From the NCBI RefSeq assembly GCF_032444005.1, contig NC_091288.1:203546001-203610000 (forward strand): a stretch of DNA of 64,000 nt, written 5' to 3'. The notes below the pieces were generated by a model. That model saw only the letters and a list, made by a program, of their open reading frames with translations, was not told where the DNA came from and ran no database searches. Both the position numbers and the translations under genes were made by a program. Every line of letters starts with the position of its first letter. The first letter of the stretch is position 1. Of the stretch, positions 49,308 through 60,546 are shown in pieces. The DNA is from Ranitomeya imitator (lineage: Eukaryota).

Positions 49308-51597
49308 TCTACAAGTTCATTTAAAGAAGCCTCAATATATATATATATATATATATATATACTTTGCAGGAAAGCAAGTGGTAAAGTCCTGGATGGAAGT
49401 TGTGTGTCACCGAGGTGCCAAGTTCCAGAGATGAAGTTTTTTTTTTTTTATTGGGACAGGATTTTGGGTTAGGGTTTTAGGAGCGACCAGAAGAGCTTGG
49501 GTAGGAATGAGCGCTCCCATATCTGCAGTCCAAGCCTTCAAGGTCATATATAAGGCTGCACAGTCTGTGTGTGGGAGATAAAAAAGACCTCTAGTATTGG
49601 CAGTCACAAGTCGAAGCCAAGAGGGATAGGACTGTAATCCGAACTGTCGAGACCATCCTGGTATTTGTTGCCTGCTGCTGCTTGAACTGCTTAATTTTCT
49701 GTTATATCTTTGTGGCCAGAAGAGGCCGTTTTTTTGATAAGCACTGGAGTTTTATGAAAGCAATAAGGCTGGAGTCACACACAACGTGTAAAAATACGAT
49801 CCATTTTTTACAGACCAAATACGCAGAAATGTTCCCTGAACAGTGATCCGTATATCATCCGTAGGCAGGGTGTGGCTACGAATTTTGCTCATGTAAACCT
49901 CCATATGGCATCCGTACGGCGAGATTTTCTCGCTGGCTTGCAAAATGGACATTGAATGGATCCATGGGCTCAAATATTCGTGAAAACATATATACAGTCA
50001 GTGAGACACATATATATATTTATATTTCACACAGAGCTAGATAGCAGAAAAGCCAGTAATTCAATTGCCGGCTTTTTCTACCTCCTTATCAAACCTGACA
50101 GGCATTGAGACATGGTTTACATACAGTAAACCATTTCATATCCCTTATTTTTTTACATATTCCACACTACTGTTAGAAGTGTGTATGTGCAAAATTTGGG
50201 AGCTCTAGGTGTTAAAATAAAGGGTTAAATTACAGAAAAAAAACTGCTCCCACGCAATTTTCTCCGCCAGAGACTGAGGGCAGATATTAATAGCCTAGAG
50301 AGGGACCATGGATATAGGACCCCCCCTGGCTAAAAACAGCTGCCCCCAGCCACCCCAGAAAAGGCACATCTGGAAGATGCGCCTATTCTGGCACTTGGCC
50401 ACTCTCTTCCCATTCCCGTGTAGCGGTGGGATATGGGGTAATGAAGGGTTAATGTCACCTTGCTATTGTAAGGTGACATTAAGCCTGGTTAATAATGGAG
50501 AGATGTCAATAAGACACCTATCCATTATTAATCCAATAGTAATAAAGGGTTAAAAGAACACATTAAAATACTTTATCCATAATGAAAAAAAATACACATG
50601 GGGTTTTAACATCTTTATTGTATTTTCAATCCAACTGACGACCCTTGTCATCTGAAAAAATGGGAAAATAAAAAAGCAACAATATCCCATACCTGTCCGC
50701 CATACATTTTCTCAGCCCGTAAAATATGGTCGATAAATATATGGCTGTGTTGGACGCATGTGTTGAACGGGCTGCTGGTAACGCAATGTGAACCTAGTCT
50801 TACAAGCACATCTGTGATTGGCTGACAGGATGATCTGCAAGTGTCTTCTGTGCAGATATGACATCAATTGCACGACTGCTTTGTGTTATATTCAGTTGTA
50901 TGGAACTTAAATTTATTATTTAGAGTTGATAGTTGTGTTCTAAACTGATAAATAATACAATCTATATGTTTACATAACTTTGCTGCGCTGTAGAGTGGGG
51001 GGGGGCTCTGCAGTCTGTGTCCGCCCCTGAACATGGTAATATATATTTTAACCCAAAAACAAAGACGTTCCTTGTTACTAGAGAAACTATTGAAAGGGAA
51101 ATTAAATTGGAAACAGAATTCAGAATTAAATGTGACGGCGATCCCACGGGATGAAACTCCTGTCTCGTGCTTCAAATACAAGCAGGCTGTGTGAGCTGAA
51201 GTCATCTAAGGACAAGTCGCTCTGTGACAATTAGGAGGTGAGGATGTGGGACGGACGCTCGCTGAGCTTCATGGAATTCTCGGTAACAAGCTACTGGGAG
51301 ATGAAAGCATTTTCCAAACCTGTGGTTTCTATTAAGAATACAGTGACACGAGGAAACATTTCAAACAATTGTTTTGCAATTCTAGCTACAACTTGCTATG
51401 ATTTGCCTCATTCATAAATACCACAAAAGCGGAAAAAGAAGATAAGAGATTTTATGGTGAGTGAGTATTCATTCTTTATCGGAGTATGCAGGAAACCACA
51501 AGTGTATATAGCTTCCACTAGGCAAAATAAAATAAAATAGCTCCTCCTCAGCAGGTTACACCCACCAACTAAAGCCAAGCTAATCAGTGTTAGCTTA

Positions 51598-52078
51598 GGC
51601 TACTTTCACACATCAGGTTTTTGCCGTCAGGCACAATCCGGCGAGTTTCGAAAAAAAAACAGATCCTTTTTTTCCCCTCATAGAGTAGTATTAGCGCCGA
51701 ATTGCGCCTGAAGGCCACACGTTTCATCCGTTTTTTGCTGGATCTGTAGAAAAACAGAGAAATATACAGAGGAACGTTTTCTCTGTCCGCCGAAAAAACG
51801 CCCATCAACTGATCCGGCCAGAAATGTATGAAACGGAGATGTGAAATGATGAATGATCCGGTTTTCCATGCATTCTCCATTCAAATCATGCACATTTATT
51901 CATATTTATTTTCTCTTGTCTTGAACAGGAAGTCCAACCCCCGGTTAAAAAAAAAAATGGATCCAGAAAAAAAAAAACATACGTTGCATCAGGTTTTCCA
52001 CAATTTGCAACAAATCCGTTTTTTCAACAATTCGCTGGATCCTGCCTGCCGGTGAAAAACTGATATGTGAAAGTAGCC
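51598..52078. mobile_element. PIF/Harbinger-type MITE
   Basis: TIR GGCTACTTTCACA ... TGTGAAAGTAGCC. Confidence 0.7.
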
Positions 52079-52266
52079 GAGTCAGTAGGAGGCAGACCTG
52101 TTTCTATCTTAAGTTTGTTTTTATTTTAGCTTTTTTTTCCACTTTTTTGATTTTTACATTTAGTGCGTGTGATAGGGAAACAGTAGATATGCCACTTTGT
52201 CACTCCACATGGAGACCGAGAGCACAGTGTCTGCCTCCTACTGACACCCAAGCTAAAACAGTTTAA

Positions 52267-53136
52267 GGCCAGTTTCACATGTCAGTGGCTCCGGTACGTG
52301 TAGTGACAGTTTTTTCATGTACTGGAGACACTGACACACGTAGACACATTCAAATGTATGGGTCTATGCACATGCCTGCGTGTTTTCACAGACCGTGTGT
52401 CCGTGTTTTCAACACATGACCGTTTTTCTCCGGCAGCATGATCCGCAAAGCGTCCCGCACAAGTGCACACGGAGAACAGTGCGCACTCTCCTCCGTGTGC
52501 ACGTACCACGGTAAGAGAGACAGCGCTACAGTAAGCGCTGTCCCCTGCGTGTCGCTGAAGCCGGCATTCATCCCTTCTCTCCTGCTCGGCTGAAAGCAGC
52601 GCTAGCAGGAGAGAAGGGATGAAAGATCAAGTTTCTTTTCTTGAGGGGTCACCTCCCGCACCCCACCCCACGTGCGCCCGCCCGCTTGAAGAGAAATACC
52701 CAACTCCCGCGATGCCTGCTCTCAGCGCCGGCAGCTCGTCCCGTGTGAGCGGTCATGTGGTACCGTACCGCTCATTAAGGTGATGAATATTCATTGCATA
52801 TTCATCACCTTAATGAGCGGTACCATGTGACCACTCACACAGGACGTGGTGGGGTGGGAGGTGACCCCAAACTAATTTAAACAAAAAAAACTTGATCTTT
52901 CATCCCTTCTCTCCTGCTAGCGCTGCTTTCAGCTGAGCAGGAGAGAGGGGATGAATGCCGGCTTCAGCACCACATGCAGGGGACAGCACTTACTGTAGCA
53001 CTGTCTCTCTTGCGGCGGTCCGTGTGGTCCTCAGGCAGCACACGGCTGCCGCACGTGTGCCACATTGATGTGCCACGTGAGCACATAGATACAGATATTT
53101 CCGGTACCGGAAATATCTGGACGTGTGAGACTGGCC
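52267..53136. mobile_element. PIF/Harbinger-type MITE with internal palindrome
   Basis: TIR GGCCAGTTTCACA ... TGTGAGACTGGCC; internal inverted arms at about 52530-52650 and 52890-53000. Confidence 0.7.
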
Positions 53137-53433
53137 TGACTTGGTTCCAGTTTGTGGGTGTAACCTGCTGAGAAGAAGCTAGTTTTGTTTTTTTATTTGC
53201 ATAGTGTCAGCAGCATACACCCATTGTGTCCCGTGTCCCCCAATGAAGCAATAAAAATATAAAAGTTCTTTTGAAGGTCATGGTCCACTTTCCAAATAAG
53301 AAATAATCTTTTTATGTTTGCAAAGGTGCACTGAACTTCAGTTTTTTTTTTTTTTGTCGGGTTTTGGAGTAGCTCCATTTCGGGGCCTGTGCTTCATACA
53401 GGAAAGCCTATGATGTGGTGGCTGATCAGTCCA

Positions 53434-53930
53434 ATGCAAAAGGGACTAGTCGTCCCATAATGTAGTCTTACCCTTCTCTTTCTCCATTAGTGCCTACACG
53501 CGTCTCTCCCACAGCTTCCTTGGCGTGCCACCCGAGGAAGCTGTGGGCGAAACGCGCGTAGGGGCGCGTGTTAACACTAATGGAGAAAGAGAAGGGTAAG
53601 ACTACATTATGGGACTACTAGTCCCTTTTGCATTTGTGACATTTTGGGCCACTGGACCATAGGGAATATCCCTCTTATATCTGTGCAATAGTGGGTCTTT
53701 GTAGTTGCTTAGGAACTTATTGAGCACTGGCACTTTATCCTGTTACAATGGGTGACTACTGGAACTCATTTTTGTTATAATCTATGCCCCGCTCTGTTTC
53801 CATGGCGCAACACTGATTGTTTTTGGTGCACCCATATTTGATACTCAAATAACTCTTTGGAAATATTATTGGATCATAGTTTGTACTTTTTAGTGTTAAT
53901 AAAATATACCTTTTTATACTAATTTTGTGA
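53434..53930 (+). mobile_element. Penelope-like terminal fragment with an inverted partial copy and hammerhead-like motif
   Basis: 200-bp palindrome at 53434-53633. Motif CCGAGGA-AGC-TGTGG-GC-GAAA-CGCGCG-TA-GGGG at 53532-53564. AT-rich tail with AATAAA near 53898. Confidence 0.5.
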
Positions 53931-54530
53931 CCTGCTATACTTCATTTTCTTTGGTTATCTTTCAGTTCATGGGCTGTGTCAGAGATGGACTAATCAGCCA
54001 GCATTCATGATGTATCTTATTCCAACTTTTTCCAGATACATATGAAGCAGCTTATTTACACAAAACAAAAAAAAAAAACTCGTGTATAAAACACAAAAGT
54101 ATTGGCGATTATGACCCAAGAAAATGCTGAGATCATTCAGTAGCAGATTAGTATTTCACAACTGGAGTGCCCCCTCACAGGTACAAGTACCATCATGCAA
54201 AACACAGAACTCGTTTGCGAAAAGCATTAAGCTACTTACTGGTAGCGGCATTTTTCGGAGGCCCATGACAGCACTACGAGAGAGGGGATCCGCCCTTCAG
54301 GAACAGGAAACCTACAGATACAAAAGGGCGGTACCTCTCCCCATGCATCAGTTGTATATTAGAGCCTGAGAGGACTACCGCGGTTAGTAGCACACAAACA
54401 TACATTATATACAGTTTATGTCCAAAAATAATCAATCATAATGAACTATATACCACACGTGAGATCTATCTATCTCATTATATACATTATGGGAAGTGCA
54501 ACCCCCACGTGAATAGGGAGGGAACTAAGG

Positions 54531-54615
54531 GTGCTGTCATGGGCCTCCGAAAAATGCCGCTACCAGTAAGTAGCTTAATGCTTTATTCGGACTCCCATGA
54601 CAGCACTACGAGAGA
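54531..54615. repeat. DIRS internal complementary region (ICR)
   Basis: Reads as element 3' end + TTT (54582-54584) + element 5' start; identical to both termini. Confidence 0.93.
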
Positions 54616-54636
54616 ATTACAGAGATGTAAACTACC

Positions 54637-56065
54637 TTAGGGAGGGACTATAGCCTGTAGCACCCTTAACCCGAAGGTGAGATCAGAAGAGAACCCCAAG
54701 TCCAACCTATAGTGCTTGAAAAAGGTGGAAGGGGATGACCACGTAGCTGCCTTACATATCTGGTCGATGGAAACTCCAGATCTCTCAGCCCAGGATGCAG
54801 CCATGGCCCGAGTGGAATGTGCCCTCAGATTCTGCGGAGCTGGACCTCCACCTGCAGTATAAGCCAGAGAGATAGCCTCCCTAATCCACTTCGCTAGCGT
54901 GTACTTCGACACTAAGACCTTTCCTGGGACCTTGGAAAGATAGAAACAACGCCTCCTCTCTCTTCCAAGCATCAGTGACTGATATATATTCTAAGAGACA
55001 TCTCCTAACATCTAACGTATGGAGTAACTCCTCTTTGGAATTAGAAGGATTAGGGAGAAATGATGGTAGAACTATCTCCTGAGATCTATGAAATTCTGAG
55101 GCCACTTTTGGTAAGTAAGCTGGATCTGGTCTGAGGACTACCCTGTCCTGTAGAAACTCTGTATAGGGGGACAGCCTAGAAAGAGCCTGTATGTCTCCTA
55201 CCCTACGAGCAGATGTAATTGCCACCAAAAATGCTGTTTTGAGGGATAGTAATTTAAGTGAGGCTGAATGTAAAGGCTCAAACGGTTCTTTAGTCAAGGC
55301 TGAGAGGACTAGGTTAAGATCCCAAGGCATTGACCTATTCCTGTGTATAGGTCTGGATCTACTAGCTGCTTTGATGAACCTTGATACCCAATAATTACCA
55401 GCAATGTTGCAAGAAAATAAGGCCCCTAGGGCTGAGACTTGTACTTTTAGCGTACTCGTGGATAGATTTAGCTCTAGCCCTCTCTGCAGGAATTCTAGAA
55501 TCTGGTTGATTGGTAAACCCTCTTCGATATTAAAATTTGAAGAGGCCAGAAACTTCCTCCAAGTTCTAGAGTAGATCTTAGTTGTTATGAGTTTTCTACT
55601 CTTCATAAGGGTATCAATGAGATTTGGAGAAAATCCTCTGTTTTTTAACAGTGACCTTTCAAAGACCATGCCGTCAAATGTAGACCCTTCACTTGTGGAT
55701 GGTTGATCGGACCTTGATGAAGTAGGTCCGGGATGTCTGGCAGTACCCAGGGGTCTTCCACCGACATGGTCCTGAGCCAGGAGAACCAAGCCCTTCGGGG
55801 CCAGAACGGAGCGATCAGTATGATTCTCGCTTGATCCTCCCTTATCTTTCTGACCACCAGAGGCAACAGGTTTAGCGGGGGAAACGCATAAGCCAACCGG
55901 AAATCCCATCTGATCAGGAAGGCATCCACTACCAGCGGATATTCCCTGGGATTCAAGGAACAGAATTTTTTCGTTTTTCTGTTGTCCTTGTTGGCAAATA
56001 GGTCCACCTCTGGATGACCCCACCTGCGGACAATCTGGTTGAAGATTTTTGTGTTCAGAGACCAC
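54637..56065 (-). pseudogene. DIRS tyrosine recombinase, frameshifted near 54910
   Basis: TSARRVGD and, in the shifted frame, RAHSTR...WSS...TFFKHY (R-HxxR-Y tetrad). Confidence 0.9.
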
Positions 56066-57520
56066 TCTCCTTGTCTTAAGGTGTTTCGAAAGTCCGCCTT
56101 TATATTTTCCTTCCCTTTTATATGTACTGCTGCTAAAGATAGAAAATGATTTTCCGCTATCTGGAGCAGGCGGTCCGCTATTTCCATCAGGGACTCGGAG
56201 CGTGTTCCACCTTGGTGATTCACGTAGGCCACTGCCACCTGATTGTCGGAGAGGATTTTGACATGGTGACCCTGTAGATACACGAGGAGTTCCTTAATTG
56301 ATAATTCAATCGCCAACAACTCCTTTTGATTAGAAGAGGCTGATGTTTGGGGGTCCCATAGACCCTGGACTACCACGTCACCCATGTGTGCCCCCCACCC
56401 TGTGGGGCTGGCGTCCGTCGTAACTACCCGAGTCACTTGAGTCACCCAGGGAACTCCTGCTGACAGATTGTCTTCCCTTAGCCACCATCTAAGAGATGTC
56501 AGAACCTCTGGACTCAATGTCATCTGACCCTGCAAGGAACCCTGTAAGACTCTTGTCATAATTCAGTACGTCAAACTGTAAAGGTCTGGAGTGGAACTGG
56601 GCCCAACGGACGGCGGGAATACAGGAAGTTAGGGAACCTAACAAGGACATAGCCTGTCTAAGAGTCATGGTTGGTTCTTTAATTGCTTTTAATACCTGTT
56701 GTTGGATATGGCGCAGTTTATCAGTTGGAAGACAGCATTGTTGGGACTCGGAATCTAACAGCAGACCTAGGAATCTCTGGTTTTTTAGGGGTTGTAATCG
56801 GGATTTTTCATAATTCACGATCCAGCCCAGATTCTCTAGCTTAGATATAGCTGTTTTTACCTGAGCAAGGCAATGGTCTGCTGAGTTCCCAACTATCAGG
56901 AAATCATCCAGATAAGGGATTATGAGGATATCAGATTCACGTAAATGCGCCATGACCTCCGCAACTACTTTAGTGAATACTCGGGGAGACGTTGAGAGGC
57001 CGAAGGGAAGGGCTCTAAATTGAAAATGTCGAACAATACCCCCCATAGACACCGCCACACGTAGAAACCTCTGAAAGTTTTCATGGATAGGAACATGATA
57101 ATACGCATCTTTTAAGTCCACAACTACCATGAAGCAGTGTTTGAACAACATTTTAATTGCAGAGCTGATTGACTCCATTTTAAATGTGGCTTTAACCAGG
57201 TATTCATTCAGGGATTTAAGGTTAATGATAGTCCTAAATGATCTGTCTGGTTTCTGGATCAGAAAAAGGGGAGAGTAGAATCCACTCCCTCTTTCTGACT
57301 CTGGAACTTCAATCAGCACGTTTTTGAGGCATAAACTCACAACTTCTGCCTCCAAAGCCGTCTGTTCAATAGTGGAGGAACGTAAGGGGGTTAACATAAA
57401 TTTATCCCGAGGCCAGTGAATAAATTCTAATTTCAGACCTTCTGAAATAATACCTCGGACCCAGTCACTATTTGAGATGTTAGACCATGCGGAAGAGAAG
57501 GCTGACAATCTCCCTCCCAC
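55645..57520 (-). pseudogene. DIRS RT / RNase H / DAM-like methyltransferase ORF, frameshifted near 56550
   Basis: DLKDAYYH, LPFGL, YLDD, TTDAS, ELLAI, SDN, DLFA and YAFPP motifs. The two halves lie in different frames. Confidence 0.9.
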
Positions 57521-57532
57521 AGGGATCGCTAG

Positions 57533-58850
57533 TCATTGGTCCGGTTTCTTACGTTCTTTTGAGGAACGGCGGAACATGTAACCCGTACCTCTCCTGCGTC
57601 TATCCTCCCATCTAAAATTCTCTCTAGTGGGTGAGGATGCGCGCTTCCTTCCGCGACCAAATCTCCTCCTGTTGAATGGACGCCGATAAGAAGATGATGA
57701 CAAACTCGGGAATTTTTTCTTGTCATCTCCAGCCTTTTCAAGCAGGTCATCCAAGGTTGGCCCGAAGAGGTATTCCCCTTTGCATGGGATAGCGCATAAT
57801 TTGGACCTTGATTGAATGTCACCCGACCAACATTTCAACCACAGGGCTCTACGAGCCGCGTTGGAGAGTCCTGCTGCTCTGGCCGCCATCCTGACCGAAT
57901 CGACCGACGCGTCCGACAGGAAAGCCGCAGCATCTTGAATCACCGGAAGCGCACTTAGAATGGAACTTCTGGAAGCGCCTTCCTTAAGCTGGGATTCCAA
58001 CTGTTCCAGCCAGACCATTAGGGATCTGGCTGTACAAGTCGCAGCCACCGCTGGCCTCAACGATCCGGCTGCCATCTCCCAGGTACCTTTAAGGAAGGTA
58101 TCCGCCTTCCTGTCAAGGGGGTCTTTAAGGGATCCCATATCTTCGAAAGGTAATGCGGCCTTTTTTGATGCCTTTGCTACCGCAGCATCTAATTTAGGGG
58201 CCTTGTCCCAGGTATCCACAGTCGTATCCTCAAAGGGATATCTGCGTTTTAAGGCTGGTGGTAATGAGCCTTTCTTCTCCGGTTTCTTCCATTCCCGGAG
58301 AATCAGGTCTTGAATTTTATCATTCACCGGGAAGGACCTACGCTTCTTGTGTTCCAAACCACTGAACATTAGTTGCTGACGGGAAAGCGGAGTTTTAGGT
58401 TCTTCTAGGCCCATCGTACCTCTGACCGACTTAACTAATTTATCTACTCGGTCCAGAGGCAGACAGAATCGGCCAGATTCCTCTTCTGATGACGAGGAAG
58501 AGAGATTTGAGCCATAGGAACCTTCATCCTTATCTTCCTCTGATGAATCAGAGATCACCGAGGTTCTCTGTTTTGAACTCCCCGCCTGGGACATAGACCG
58601 CAGGGATTCCCTTACTTCTGTACGGATCATCTCACGCAGATTAGCCGTAGAAGCAGATTCTTCCGCTACCTAGGGGAGGACAATAAGGGTGATACCATCT
58701 ATCTAGCCTGATGTCACTCAACCCCTCCACTCCTGTAGACCTCACCGTCTGTTGTATACAGGAGGCGCATAATTTTTTAATATAAGAATCTGGTAACGGG
58801 ACTTCACACAGGGCACACTCCTTATGTTTCGACTTTGCACTTTTCTTTCC
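57533..58850 (-). CDS. DIRS gag-like ORF1, spliced: join(58850-58746, 58669-57533); first exon unresolved
   Basis: A 105-nt exon GKKSAKSKHKECALC...LCASCIQQT joins in frame to VAEESAS...MIRTEVRESL via a 76-nt GT-AG intron. Confidence 0.75.
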
Positions 58851-60382
58851 CTAAAATGACAAAGTATAAGGGGCCCGCGTCACTGAGTGAGCATTCACGT
58901 AGATCTCTTACCAGTGTACGCCAAAAAAGGTACCGGAACACGAGGGGGTTCTTTGCCAGTCGATGCTCTGGATCCCTGCTTGGACGAGCTTTTACGGCTG
59001 GACTGGTCACTTCTGGCATGCTCCTTCTCCGTGGCCCTTTTGTCGCACGTCCTCCGGCAACTGAAGCTGCCGCTCACCATCACTCTCCATGATGTGGATG
59101 TGACCAAAGGCAGAGCTCTATTCCCAGCTCCTGCTTAAATCCCCCTCAGATCCGGTCAGCAGGCTGCCTGGCGCCACTCCTATTGGTTCCGGCTGATGAG
59201 ACTACATCTGGGGGGTCAGCGCAGTGTGTGAGGAGACCGGCGTTCAGGATCGATGGGCGCCGCCATCTTGGATGAACTGCGCATGCGCAGTCACCCAGAG
59301 ACCGGAAACGCCTGCTGACTCCGCCCCCTCGACGTCACTGCACCGGAAACGCTCCAGCTAACGCTGAGAGCGATGCAGGACGCCGAAGAGCACGCAGCAG
59401 CGTTCCGGATAGCGTTCCCCTCCTGGCACCGCTACATCACCACCGTGCTGCACCACCACACCGAAGGAGCGATATACTTACCGGCGCCGGCGCTAACGGA
59501 GATCAGGAATCCTCTGGACTCTGCTCCCTGCTGTCTACATCACTGACGTGCAGTCCAGCCAGGACCACCGTGATGTCTTCCAGGAGCTTCCGCACCGGTC
59601 GAGGTAGGAGACCCCCCCGCTACCTGATTCGACCGGCCGGCCTGGGATCCATCTACGAGATTCATCTGTAGGATCCTGCCCCTCCAGGAATAGGAAACCA
59701 ACTGATGCATGGGGAGAGGTACCGCCCTTTTGTATCTGTAGGTTTCCTGTTCCTGAAGGGCGGATCCCCTCTCTCGTAGTGCTGTCATGGGAGTCCGAAT
59801 AAAATGAACCTGTGAAGGAGCCCTAGTGGGCTGCATTATGGATCTGTACATTTCTATAGCTTTCAAACTAACAGAAATAAGACTGATATGGACATTTCCA
59901 ATTTTTCTTCATTGTAATGACTAAGACATTTCAGAACTTAATCACAAAATATTAATTTTTTATTTAGTAAAAAGGTCAGAAAGTCTATTGACATGAAAAT
60001 GCCCAAATTGCTGCAGATTTAAAAATTATATTTTCTTGGAAAGTGGCAGGTAAAGAAGGCAGCACAAGACCACCCGTGCAGAAAGGTTGTGAGTAAGGAT
60101 GTTAGGGGTTTTAGAAACAGCTTTGCCGACTCCTGACTGACATACATTTTTTTTTTTAAGAAACCTTCTGTTCAGATGACCTAGAACAACGGCCCATCTT
60201 GATTATTTGGAGGGCTACGGTAAAAAATACAACAGGCGCACAATAGTGGCCCAGTGGACAGAAGAATTATACCACTCTGCCCCATTAAACACTATAACCA
60301 TTACCACAAGTGATAGGAGACCTCAACCTTTTCATTTCGATATATATGGTTTACTAAATCCAAGCATTAGCTCAGCCTGTGG

Positions 60383-60546
60383 TTATTTCTTCTGTTTCAG
60401 TCTGTCCATGTAGACCTGCAAAGACTTCTGGATGGAGTCTTTTGTGATGAAACTGACAAAATTGTTAATGTCGGCTTCACGATGTTTAACTAGATTGTCG
60501 ATTGTGGGTTTGCGCATGATGGATTTGGTGATCTGACGGGCATGAT
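60383..60546 (-). CDS. ECI1: Enoyl-CoA delta isomerase 1, last coding exon (rest of gene beyond window)
   Basis: Acceptor TTTTCTCACACACAG| then DHARQITKSIMRKPTIDNLVKHREADINNFVSFITKDSIQKSLQVYMDRLKQKK*, matching the ECI1 C-terminus. Minus-strand AATAAA at 59959-59964. Confidence 0.88.

Larger units (their letters stand above)
54221..59803 (-). mobile_element. DIRS1-type tyrosine-recombinase retrotransposon, full length (5583 bp)
   Basis: 93-bp identical inverted terminal repeats (54262-54354 and 59699-59791), a 3' extension, and an ICR at 54531-54615 joining both ends across TTT. gag, RT-RNaseH-MT and YR ORFs present. Confidence 0.96.

Noticed and set aside
49407-49607. Minus-strand TATA-like site followed by a short ORF MGALIPTQ...
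   Set aside because: The ORF runs through a poly(A) tract with no homology; no further exons found.
51410-51470. CATAAATA followed by ATG|GTGAGT, a possible first exon of another plus-strand gene
   Set aside because: No downstream coding exons before the DIRS and the convergent ECI1 3' end.
54124-54369. Paired ORFs sharing MTALRERGSALQEQET (also 59540-59866)
   Set aside because: Translations of the DIRS inverted terminal repeats, not genes.
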